A stretch of 61,647 nt of DNA, counting the filler, from Globobulimina sp. (lineage: Eukaryota), in the NCBI GenBank assembly GCA_003354225.1. It is 17 parts of 17 records of this genome, joined end to end, with 100 filler letters (N's around TTAATTAATTAA, not from the genome) between each part and the next. Parts side by side here need not be neighbours in the genome. Positions count along the whole stretch, not along the records: positions 50,861 to 54,389 come from PIVH01002574.1; positions 54,490 to 58,018 come from PIVH01002575.1; positions 58,119 to 61,647 come from PIVH01002576.1; 14 more parts are not named here. One strand, given 5' to 3'. This document shows, piece after piece, positions 50,861 through 61,647 of this stretch. The translations under genes were made by a program, and so were the position numbers. The number at the start of each line of letters is the position of its first letter. The first letter of the stretch is position 1. The notes under the pieces were generated by a model. The model ran no database searches. It saw only the letters and a list, made by a program, of their open reading frames with translations, and was not told the DNA's origin.

Positions 50861-51527
50861 AGTAGTTCTTGTCGCGGCCCTTGTTCCCGTTCTTATTTCT
50901 TTTCTTGTTCCTGTTCTTATCATAGCTTGTTCCGTGGCATTGACTGCTGTGGTGGTAGCACCCGTTGCTGCGCCAGTTAATGCATTGCCAATGCCAGCTC
51001 CAACTGCACCTCCAACGGCGTTCAAACCAATGCCCATCGCATATGATTTACCGTCGAATTTTGCCATATCTTCCTTAACTTCCTCGTCATCGATAGTTAA
51101 TCCAATTGCAGCCTCGGCAGTGGTTCCAACAGCACCTCCGGCAGCACCGGCAGCTCCAGCGACAGCAATGGCAGCACCTCCAGTAGCGGCGGTGACTGTA
51201 ATTGTGCCGATTACTGCTGCGGTTACAATAGTAGAGTTTGTTGCTTTTGCTACAGCTCTTAGAGTACGGTCTGCATCACCTTTAATTGCATGAGTGGCAG
51301 CTGCTACATAGCCTAAATATTGAAATGTGGGTTGTGTTTGGCATGTGATATATAAATAAGTTATTTTTTGGTGTTTTGAGTGAAAAATAATATCTCCGCT
51401 ACGGCTTTTCACACCGTAAACACTTTATAGATACCTTCGCGAATCCACCATCTGGGTCCACTGCAGCTGCGGTTGCAGTAGTACCGCCTAATAAAATTGT
51501 TCCAATGGCAATAGCACCTAAAATCAT
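50861..51527 (-). CDS. Gly/Ala/Thr-rich hydrophobic protein, 3'-partial; exon structure 51320-51435 unresolved
   Basis: First exon MILGAIAIGTILLGGTTATAAAVDPDGGFAK; then LGYVAAATHAIKGD..ATGGAAIAVAGAAGAAGGAVG glycine-zipper-like helices. Confidence 0.6.
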
Positions 51528-51629
51528 TGTCGATTATCAAATTGATACGTTTAAAATGAAGTTTTTTTTTACTAACTTTACTTTACCAATTTGCCATCCT
51601 TTCGCAACTTCGCTCGTACGTCCAATCAA

Positions 51630-54389
51630 ATGTCATCATTTGCAGACTTGGAGAAATGTGTTGAGGCGAATATATCAGCAACAAATAATGAAATTCGTGT
51701 CCAGGTATCGTAAATATGGAAATCCGATCCGCATACAACATAAATAAATAAATCAACAAACACAAATAGGCCGAGAATCATTTAACAAACTTAAAAAGTA
51801 AATTTCCTCGCCAATTTTTCGAGGGAATCTCATCATTAATAATGCATTCATCCAATACCGACATACGTTCATTTTCAGCAGTTTTATTAAAACAAAATTT
51901 AACAGTATTCGATGAAACATTTTTCAAAATCCCTCAAGACGCACAAAATAATATAAAAAAAACATTACTTTCATGTATTTCTAACGAAAAGAACGAGAAT
52001 GTTTTATTACAAATCGCCGAAACCATATCGCATTTTGCCGGCATTATTATCAATAAACGCAACGGCCAATGGAACGAATTGTTGACTCTCTTATTCTCAT
52101 TATCCTCCTCACAAAACACAAACAAACGCATATCTTTTTACATTTGCATTGATAAATTAGCCGTAAATTGCATTGATTTCTTCAATCAACCAACCACCGA
52201 AAAAATAAGAGACATTTTAATCATTGGCTTAAAAGACAAAATCGACGTCATTCGACAATATGCGTTATCAGCCACTGTCTCATTGTTATGCGCATTGCCG
52301 ACGATATTCAGCAACACCAACACAAATATCATCCCCTTATTATTCAAAAACATCAACACTTCTTTCGGCGATGCCATAATCTGCAAAACCTGCCAATATT
52401 TACAAATCTTGGCCGAATACGAAAACGATGCCAATATTTTCACTTCGTCCATGAACCCAATCATCGAATGTTTAGTGACCGTCATAAAATGCAACACGTT
52501 GCAATGGGAAACGCGCAAAATATCCTTCAATTTATTGATAACATTATTAGACGCAAACTACGCAAATATCAATTTATCCCACATCGCGCCCAAAGTCATC
52601 CCCTTAATCTTCCAATTCCTATCCGATTTCAATGAGAATTTAGATTGGAATGCTCCGCAGGATGACGTGGACCAAATCAATTACATTTTCGCGCACCAAA
52701 TGCTACCGATCATCGTGTCCATCTTCAGTCCGGTTTCCTTCCTAAACATTATACAAAAACCGATCTTCGACGTCGGTTTCGCAGACAACGCGCAATGGAA
52801 AAGCAAGTTAATTGCGCTCAAAACGCTGGAAGTGACCCTTGAAGGCTGCGTGGAACATTACGAAGGCAAATTGCCGCAAATCATCGACTCGATCATCAAC
52901 TCCCTACACCACAACAACCCGCATGTCAAATACGCCGCGTTGTCCGTCATCCGGCAGTTATCCGTCGTGTTTGGCGAAGACAAAGAGCTGTTTTTAATAC
53001 CGTATCATGAGCGGATCATGTCTTGTTTCTGTACCATGTTAAACAACGCCGCCAAACAGCATGCTTGTGTTTTGATTGCGATTTGTGAGGCCATCGCGCA
53101 TTTTGTGTACATGGATGACGAGGAAAATGAAATTATTTCCGCGGGCTGCTCCTCTGCGGTCTTAAAGGGCTTATTCAATTTGCTCTCTTTTAGCAATTTG
53201 ATCCAATCGCATGCATTGAAGGCAGTGTCGGTGATCATCTCCGTCATTCAGACGAGTTTCGGCACCGAATTCTATAACAATTTGATGAAATATTGCGTGC
53301 GGACACTGCAGGACATATTTGGCGGCAAAAAGAAAGACCGCGGCGGCGTGTTACGCGGTCGCTGTATGGAGTGTATTAGTAACATGCTGTTGGTGGTCGA
53401 TATTGCAGTCTGTCGCAACGATGCGCATAATATGATGGCATATCTGCTGCCATTTCAAAAACAAGAACAAAACAACACAGCCTCGGAGTCCTATACCTTT
53501 ATGCTCTCTTTGTTCGCCTCCTGCGCCGAAGCATTAACTCACGAATTTACTCCTTATTTGCAACACGTCATTCCTTCCTTGTTACTGTCTGCCCAGAAAC
53601 AGAGCATTTCGTTAGGGATTCATCAGAACGACGATGAAAAGCAAGCAGATAATATGGTGGTGACCGAGTTTGGCGGCATTCAGTTTAAAGTGAATACGGC
53701 TGAATTCAATGAGAAGTCCATCGCAGTGGAACAGTTTCCGCGTTACGCCGTGTGTATGGAAGGCGCGTTGTTGCCGTTTGTCAAGCCCATCGCCAATGTG
53801 CTCAAACCGATCATTAAAACGCGTGCCTTGTCTTCGCAAGCGCGCCGCCATGCCATTGAGTCATTTTCGCCCTTAGTGAATTGTTTGAAGTGCGGCTTAC
53901 TGTCGAAAAACTTGCAAAATGGCGAAGTCAGCAAATGGGTCACGGAGTTCACGCAGGAATTGCTACTCCCTTTGATCGAAGGGATGAATATCTGCGACGA
54001 AGTGGACGAATTCAGTCTGATTTGCAAAACTATCCAAGACTTGTTGCCGTACATTGAGACTAAATTGTTTTCCAATGGCGAGATTATATCGAATATCACG
54101 CAGCAAATCCACACTGCGATTGGAGAGCGACAGGAGCGGAGGAAACTGAATGAGGAGAAATCGTGCGATGCCATTGACGAGGCGGTGGAGGAAGACGTCG
54201 AGGCGGATTTGGCCGATACGATTGCCGATTTAGTGTCGAGTTTGGTGTGTAAATTTGGTGACAAATATATCGAAATCTTTGATAAATTTTGCGGCAAACA
54301 ATGTATTGATTTGTTGTCAAACGAAGAAGATCAGATATTGTCGTTATGTGTGTTGACTGAGATTATAAGATATGGCGGGCAGATATCAA
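51630..54389 (+). CDS. IPO5: Importin-5/karyopherin beta-3-like HEAT protein, 3'-partial; intron 51705-51769
   Basis: NNEIRVQ | AENHL, IRSFSAVLLK, EGC, NPHVKYAA, LRGRCMECIS, EFTPYLQHVIPSLL, VNTAEFNEKSIA. Confidence 0.85.
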
Positions 54390-54841
54390 NNNNNNNNNNN
54401 NNNNNNNNNNNNNNNNNNNNNNNNNNNNNNNNNTTAATTAATTAANNNNNNNNNNNNNNNNNNNNNNNNNNNNNNNNNNNNNNNNNNNNAGCAGAATTGC
54501 AATTTGTGTGTTTCAAAAGGTTAATGTTTATAAAATATTATGGAGTTATTTGGGAAATAAAACATGTTCACAATCACAAGTTGATATGAATGAATATAAT
54601 TATTATTATGCTGTTTCGTGTATGACTCTGTTAAACATTCCTTGGCAAATATATGACACTTATTCAATGTATAAATATGTTCAAATAAAATGTATCGACA
54701 GCTTACTCATTTCTAAATAATTAAAGTGTCTCCATGTCGATACATATTGTTTTTAGATTAATTAAATTTCGTTTTTAGTAATTTCCTCATTAAAGTTTTT
54801 TTAAGTGACTTATTCATAAACATTTTCACTTCATTTTGATA

Positions 54842-56602
54842 ATGGGCTGTTGCAAAAGTCATGATCAGGATCGTAAACTTGACAAACTAACCACACAAAC
54901 CAGCAACACTTGTCAATCACCGTTAAATAACAACAATGACAGTCAACAATTATTAATAAATAACAATGAAAATTATTTATCCACAGCAGATGCTCCAAAC
55001 ACTTGTACTCAGATTGTAATCGATGATGATGATGACAAGAAACAAAATGACCCCAAATGTCAAACACCACCAATAATAAAAACATTATTCGGTGCAACTG
55101 AGCTAATATCAGACGACTACGATGACGATGACGGTCAAAATAGAGATGTAAACAAACGGGAAACACCGATGGCCGGTAATGTGTATTTAGGCTTTGCCAA
55201 CAATGAGCAACTATTATTTCAACATCTTAACCAATCGCCAATGTTAGGCAGTTGCAGCAACAGTAACCCCTCAAATCAGAGCCATGTCAGTAACAGCAAC
55301 ACCTACACAAATCACAGCAATTCGAGCTCACAAAGTAACGCTACAAATGATTGGATCCCTTCTAAACAAAACAATGCTGCTTTGCTGATGGGCTTTGCTG
55401 CGAGAAACGAAGCCATTGCATTCAACACAGAACCCGTTGTTTCACCAAAATATATCAACTTTGATAATGGTCAGAGTCTCAATTTGGACGCAATGCCTTT
55501 CCCAAACGACAACAGTCCCTTCACAGCGTCCAATATGTCGCTTAATTCCGTGCATTTGGCCGATTTGGTGATAGCTTCCAAAGCCAACAATTCGCCGCAA
55601 GTTTCGTTGAAAAATGCCAGTGACTTTGCTATGTTATCTCGTTGGATGATAGCCACTTTTAATGTGTTTGTGGAGTATTTGCCATATAAACACATCATGG
55701 AAGAGATATTTCTATTTTGTAACATCGATATCAATGACGCAGTGTTTGTGCATTGCGATTTGAACTTTTCTTTTCCAGACACTTCAGCCTTGCAAAGCAA
55801 GTTTAATTATTACGATGTCCCGGATTTGTACATTGAGAATGTCTCCGTCGTCGATAAGAAACAGCCGAGCTTCGTGCTAATGATTGGCGCGCCAGGTCTC
55901 ATTGACATATATTGTGCATATTTTATTTTAATTTAATGTAATTCCAATGCAAATCCATGCAGGTTCTGGCAAGAGCTCTTACGCAGAATATCGATACGGG
56001 AAACATGCAGTGGTTGCGGCTGATGATTATTTTGATATTAATTATAACGGTCAGTTTATTGGGTCATTGCTGAGTGCAGCGCACGAATACTGTTTGGAAC
56101 AATGTCTGATCCGATTGTACAAAAAAGAAACTGTGGTTGTGGCCAATACGCATGCTAGTTTTTGGCAGATGTATGATAAGATAATACCGCTGCTGTTCGA
56201 TGGCGTGCTGACTCATAAGATCGTGTTTGCGGTGATGCCGGAAGTGAACGCCACCACTTTGGTGAGAAGGTGCATGCATTCATGCACTAAGCCGAAGATC
56301 ATAGAATATTTACAAGGGATACAATATATGCAATCGATTGGGATAAACAGTGATAATGTGCTCATATATGGACATAATGAGGAATATAAAGTCGATGTGA
56401 ATAGATCCAATCAGCATTTGTTTGGTTATGGACTATGGATTGAGCCGGAAAGTTTTTATAATTTACAAGAGTGGTTCCAACATTATACGAACTGCAATTT
56501 GCTGCAGAATGGAGATTTTGGGGATGGCCGGATATCGCCCATCAGGCAGGAAACGTGGCAGATATTCAAGAAAAATATGAAGACATTTAATAGAAATTTA
56601 AG
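54842..56602 (+). CDS. Lipid-anchored P-loop polynucleotide-kinase-like (N4BP2/CNPase AAA_33) protein, exons 54842-55895 and 55963-56602
   Basis: MGCCKS start; intron 55896-55962 rebuilds Walker A VLMIGAPG|SGKS; AADDYF, AAHEYC, VVVANT, LVRRCMH. Confidence 0.75.
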
Positions 56603-56740
56603 GTACGAGTTGGGATGTTTTTTTTTTCTGAGCTTGAATGCACGAAAATGTTTCAACATATAATTGTAACTTGAATTATATGTCGAAACTGCAAACTTTT
56701 TGCACTTTGCTTAAATGTCGTCACTACTTTGAATATACAG

Positions 56741-57785
56741 CAAATTCAACGCATCCACGGATCCGTTCATTGACTTAGAACTGAAAATAATCGGTTTTTC
56801 GAATCATACGCTTTGTCAAATGGTGACTGTTGAGATTATTAAGGAGTGTATCAATGATATCGCAGATAACGAAAATAAATATTTCTGGGATATGTTTGAA
56901 AATGGAGTCGATATTAATATGATGGGATGTGTACTGACAATGAGGCATAACATTCCATTTTCGAATGCAAAGTTGTTGTTTAATTATAACTGTATACAAT
57001 ATATCAATGATGGACCTATAATTAAAGCTAAATTAGCCACGAAGCGATATATTAAAAATTATACAAAATATTGTAAACCTCCGCTTGCGTTAAATAATAA
57101 AGACCATAAAATAAAGAAAAATAAAAATATTTTCTTCAGTTTAGACGGTATATCGACATCAAATGATTTGTTCCGAGATAAAAAAAATAAACAAATGGAT
57201 ATAAAATCGTTTTCGTTGCAATTACTGGAAAAAAATTTGAATCCGAATGCGACTGAATTTAAAATGGAAGAAAATTCTGCGCAGTTTTTAGATGTACAAC
57301 AAATGCCGATTCAAACCATAAATAATAAGAACAATACATTGAATCCGACAGCAAATGAGTTCAAACCATCAACGTATACATTTTCTAAATTTCATTCAAT
57401 GAAATCCACTGGTTTTGCGGCGTCGGTATTGCGAGCAAATAATAATTTTAATCAATGCCAACAAATTGCGAATTATCCACAGATGAATACACTGCAAATG
57501 CCTCAATTGATTGAATCGTGGGACATACCAATAAAAAATACGAATAACAATAATAATAATAATGGGCAATACGTGCAAACAATGCAAAATGATTTGAAAC
57601 AAGAATGTGAATCATGGGATATACCAATCACAGAAAATAATAATCCTAAAAATGAAGGTACATTGGATGCGACAGCTCCATCATTTACACCATCAACAAA
57701 TGGATACAATACAATTATAAACAATGCAGTGAGGAATGATAACAATCGAAATGATCAACAATCGAAAAATCATGCGTATTGGTAA
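56741..57785 (+). CDS. PAM2-motif-containing region; probably the last exon of the preceding gene (intron 56603-56740), otherwise a separate ORF from 56820
   Basis: LNPNATEFK, LNPTANEFKP, LDATAPSFTP; ESWDIPI twice; phase-2 GT..AG splice restores frame. Confidence 0.65.
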
Positions 57786-58120
57786 TTTTTTGTTAATTAA
57801 TGTGTCGCTATATATTAATATTTGTAATTTGTGTGGTGTTAAATGATTTCTTTAGAATATTTAGATTTTGTTGTTAAATTGCATCACTTTATCAGCAACA
57901 AAAAAAGTTGAAAAACCTCACTAGATCACTTCAAAAAATGTTTACAATGTACAAAAAACGAAAATATAATAAATTACTACAAAACTAAGACCAATTAATA
58001 AGAAAATTACAAATTATANNNNNNNNNNNNNNNNNNNNNNNNNNNNNNNNNNNNNNNNNNNNTTAATTAATTAANNNNNNNNNNNNNNNNNNNNNNNNNN
58101 NNNNNNNNNNNNNNNNNNCA

Positions 58121-61100
58121 ATGGCTCCATATATTTGCAACTCATACGACACCTGTTCTATCACATGCAGTGAAGGAGGAGAATCCGGAGCTTTGCCTTG
58201 CAATGATTTTGGCGAATTCAATGCAATCAACGGTCCCTATTTCAACATTCTGTGCCCGACAACTGACAGTTGCAAGAATCTTTTGATTAAATGTCCAACA
58301 AAATATTACAATTCAACCGCCGATGGCCGATGCAATATTACCTGCATTGCAAATAATTCATGCCAAGGAATTGAGATCAATGGCAACCTAAATTTGCACA
58401 CAGAATTGAATTGCTATGGCGATGATAATAACAGCAATATTTGCCAAAATGTCACAATGAGCATTGACAACACTAATTACATCAAGAAAATTAAAACCAA
58501 AAAGAATTCGAATATTGACGAGCAAGCCTTGTCCAGCATAAATATAACATGTCAGTCGTACAACTTATTCAATACGGATCACGATGCTCAAATCATATGT
58601 TCCTCCATTCATATCGACCAATCAGCCTCCAAATCCACGCAAAATGCCTCCACATTAACCCTAACATGTATGTATGATGTAAATTGCAATGATATTTCAA
58701 TCAATACCCCCGATATACAACGAATCAATATATTAATCGCCGAGTTTTCATTGTTGACCAAATCAAATATTATCAATAATAACAATGTCAATCTATATTT
58801 ATCTCAAAGTATTGTATCAAACACAAATGTAAGTATCAGCCATGAGAAAAGTGAGACAATTGTCAATAACACCAATGTAATCAATATAGTGTTAAACGAT
58901 AATTCCATAATAAATCACTCATCGTTTTATATCGACAATGCAGAAAATGTATATTTAAGCTCAGACGATGCAGAATCACAATTAATAAATTCCTATTTTC
59001 AAATTTCAAACACGAAACCAACAGTGCATACCTTTGAGATTATAAATGTAAACACCGTCGAGAATAATACAATGAATGCAGACTTCGTTGAAGTATTTAA
59101 GTTGACCTGCAATCATAAATATTGTGGTCAATTTGTCCCACAAATTAACATTGCACACACAATCAATGCCACTTTCGATATGCAGACAGGTTCCACGTTG
59201 ACAGCCAATATCAATGCAAATAACGCGCAAAATCTAAACATTTCTATTGATGAATTTTCCAACCTGCAAAATTCAATAATTACTGCACAAAATGTAGGAG
59301 CAATCATAATCACTATCAATGGAACAACACAGGACCAAAATACCATACATGCGGCAAAAGCAAACCTATTCAGATTGTATTGTCTCAATGACTTTTCGTG
59401 TCGAAATGATTTGCAATTATACATACCACCAAAAAGCAAAACCCAATACCATTCCTACATTGATTGCATAGCTTCCGCATGTTATGAGCTTACGCTTTAT
59501 ACAAAGAATGCAGTATCGGCAGATGTTAAATTTAACAGAACAGACTGTCCGTGTTCGCATGATATCAGTGACGGTTGTTTTGCACAATGGGACTTACATT
59601 GTGGTGCTGATTATAACCAACATTCGATATTGAAAAATGCGACAACTTGTGTTGCTGCGACACGGCCGCGGTTGACAATGACACATAATGCTAACGTTTG
59701 TTGTGGTGATGTTGTGCAGGATATTCATGATAAATATCGCTGTCCCTGGCCTAGTAATGACAGTTATATTTGTATTGAGAATACGCATTGTTTGGTAAAC
59801 TGTTCGTATGTAGTTCAACAGACCAATGCGTCACATTTTTTATGTAGCAATAACAATGCAAGTATTGATGCTACAAAAGCATTGTCGTTGAGGCTTATTT
59901 GTGGCGATGGAGCTGCGTCGTGTCACTCATTAGAGATTTATTGCCCGTTACATAGTGGGGAGTGTGCTGTTAATTGCAATGAAAACGAAGCATGTGCGTT
60001 TGCCGAGATTTATACACAAAAAACGAACGCATTTTATTTAAATTGTGTTGCTGACGGTTCGTGTGAGGGGATAGTGGTAAATAATAATGCTTTGGATGAT
60101 AATTCCGTGATAAATATACTCGCAATAGTTTGTAACGAAGGCGGTTGTAAGGATATGGATTTCATAGATATTGGTTCTGCTCAGTTCGAGTTACAGTGTA
60201 ATAAAGGAAATAAAAATAAGCTCGCTTGTGATGGTATACACGTTGATGCAATTTCTAGTGATGATTTTCTTGTGACTGCCAATGGTATGGTGAATGACAG
60301 TTTTTTTAATGTGTCGCATGGTAATAATGTGAGGTTTTTTATTAATGATGTTATGTTAAACAGTGTTATTGATGTAAATTATTCAAATTCTGTTTGTGTT
60401 AATATGAGCAATAAAAATGAATATGGCTTGATTCAAAATACAGTGATATATGGTGCAAATATTGTAAATACAATGGAGTTGACGTGTTATGCAGAAACAC
60501 AAGATATGGGATGTATTAATGTCAGTTTATATGCGAGGCAGACTACGCGCGAAAAAAATACAAAATCGGTGATAAATTGTATAGGTAATAATGGATGTAA
60601 TCAGCTCTCATTGTATAGCATAAATGCAGTGACACAGGATATTGATTTTGAAATTCGAAATTGTTCATGCGATGTTATGAGAGGAATGGGCTGCAGTAAC
60701 CTCATAAATTTATATTGTGGCAGTCATAAATATAATAAATATTCAAATTTCAGTGGGAATCCATTTGAGTGTACAGGTGAATGTTGCGGTAATATTACGG
60801 CAGCGTTTCAGACTACAAAATGCGAATTATACTGCAGCCCGAATTATTTTTGTCCCATTAACTGTGTGAATGATATTTGCAATGGACTCCATATTAATGC
60901 TTCACAATCGACAGCGTTGTCACTTTCCTGTGTAACTAATGATGATAAGAAGGTAAATTGTGATAATATGGTGATTGAGTGTCCTAAATATGAATTTTGT
61001 GATGTTCAATGTTTAGGGAATGGTGTTTGTAAGACGTTGACAGTGAATACAAATTCTGTGAATAATACGAATTTAAGTTGTGCCACATATGAGAGTATAA

Positions 61101-61612
61101 CCACAGCGTGTTATGGCGCAAGAATCCGCATTGCCAATGATAAAAATGATAATTCATATCACAAAAATGTGACATTTGGCTGTATGAATGGTATTTGTCA
61201 ACAAGTACTCATCTCAAACCACACAGAATTGACAGATGATAAAAATATAAATATTAATTTGGTACTAAATGGCGGCGGTACCATTAAGACTTTACACAGT
61301 CAATCTAACATTTATTATGATTATGCGATAAAAGGAAATGGATTTTTAAATTCAACGATATTTAATGTAACAAATTCAATTTTAATTGAAGGAGTATCAG
61401 TTTTTGATACCACATTTGATTCACCACTCAAACGATTAAATGTTAATATACAATCCCAATTATTTAAAAATAATAAAATACATTGTTCGCCGGCTGAAAA
61501 TTCATTTTTATTTTCTGGAAACGCACTTTTTCAAAGTAATAATATTTTTATTCCAAACGGTATCAATGGCTCACTGCGAATAAATTGCATTCCAAATTGT
61601 AAATTTCTATAA
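58121..61612 (+). CDS. Large Cys/Asn-rich repetitive extracellular-type protein, probably 5'-partial
   Basis: 1163 open codons; three related blocks (C..C.I/V.C ... SC..L.I.CP ... C.I/V.C) and many N-x-S/T sites; no signal peptide within the contig. Confidence 0.75.
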   Translation: MAPYICNSYDTCSITCSEGGESGALPCNDFGEFNAINGPYFNILCPTTDSCKNLLIKCPTKYYNSTADGRCNITCIANNSCQGIEINGNLNLHTELNCYGDDNNSNICQNVTMSIDNTNYIKKIKTKKNSNIDEQALSSINITCQSYNLFNTDHDAQIICSSIHIDQSASKSTQNASTLTLTCMYDVNCNDISINTPDIQRINILIAEFSLLTKSNIINNNNVNLYLSQSIVSNTNVSISHEKSETIVNNTNVINIVLNDNSIINHSSFYIDNAENVYLSSDDAESQLINSYFQISNTKPTVHTFEIINVNTVENNTMNADFVEVFKLTCNHKYCGQFVPQINIAHTINATFDMQTGSTLTANINANNAQNLNISIDEFSNLQNSIITAQNVGAIIITINGTTQDQNTIHAAKANLFRLYCLNDFSCRNDLQLYIPPKSKTQYHSYIDCIASACYELTLYTKNAVSADVKFNRTDCPCSHDISDGCFAQWDLHCGADYNQHSILKNATTCVAATRPRLTMTHNANVCCGDVVQDIHDKYRCPWPSNDSYICIENTHCLVNCSYVVQQTNASHFLCSNNNASIDATKALSLRLICGDGAASCHSLEIYCPLHSGECAVNCNENEACAFAEIYTQKTNAFYLNCVADGSCEGIVVNNNALDDNSVINILAIVCNEGGCKDMDFIDIGSAQFELQCNKGNKNKLACDGIHVDAISSDDFLVTANGMVNDSFFNVSHGNNVRFFINDVMLNSVIDVNYSNSVCVNMSNKNEYGLIQNTVIYGANIVNTMELTCYAETQDMGCINVSLYARQTTREKNTKSVINCIGNNGCNQLSLYSINAVTQDIDFEIRNCSCDVMRGMGCSNLINLYCGSHKYNKYSNFSGNPFECTGECCGNITAAFQTTKCELYCSPNYFCPINCVNDICNGLHINASQSTALSLSCVTNDDKKVNCDNMVIECPKYEFCDVQCLGNGVCKTLTVNTNSVNNTNLSCATYESITTACYGARIRIANDKNDNSYHKNVTFGCMNGICQQVLISNHTELTDDKNININLVLNGGGTIKTLHSQSNIYYDYAIKGNGFLNSTIFNVTNSILIEGVSVFDTTFDSPLKRLNVNIQSQLFKNNKIHCSPAENSFLFSGNALFQSNNIFIPNGINGSLRINCIPNCKFL

Positions 61613-61647
61613 AATCATATTTAATATGCAAATGCTAAAAATGAAAA

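Noticed and set aside
57516..57630. ESWDIPI repeats as ATG8-binding LIR motifs
   Set aside because: W-x-x-P does not fit the W/F/Y-x-x-L/I/V core
3538..58118. Regularly spaced TTAATTAATTAA as a biological repeat or CRISPR-like array
   Set aside because: Always inside fixed N runs; an assembly spacer. Track ORFs ending in X..LIN are truncated by it
143..61175. Numerous short antisense or overlapping track ORFs (e.g. 143-553, 27046-27495, 35368-36078, 50934-51293, 53743-54297)
   Set aside because: Shadows of well-supported genes, with no motifs of their own

Overview
This window is not one locus. It is 17 unrelated, size-sorted contigs (3537 down to 3529 bp) joined by 16 artificial 100-nt linkers (N44-TTAATTAATTAA-N44, stops in all six frames), so gene neighbourhoods mean something only within a contig. 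Almost all the DNA is from an AT-rich, gene-dense eukaryote with the standard code and short (52-84 nt) GT-AG introns, 10 of 16 with GTT donors. The gene families look foraminiferan/rhizarian (inference, not searched). Recognisable genes: DUF4419, ITFG1-like, SPRY-like, DHHC, PIP5K, SLC12, BCD1, membrane alpha-carbonic anhydrase, RFC1-like, TPR proteins, PMM, PSF2, MTG1, an EGF-repeat membrane protein, ATP synthase b, a cellular RdRP, an SGNH/sulfotransferase pair, HAAO, UTP4 and importin-5. One contig is a bacterial rplR-rpsE fragment fused in frame to a eukaryotic ORF (probable amplification chimera). Best leads: an R-S-E ADP-ribosyltransferase-like family with a TPR-containing paralog; a lipid-anchored PNK/CNPase-like protein with three PAM2 motifs; an F-box-like protein carrying USP7-type UBL modules without the protease; an in-frame TGA in UTP4; and recurrent GTTAAGT splice donors. 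All family calls come from motifs recognised by eye.
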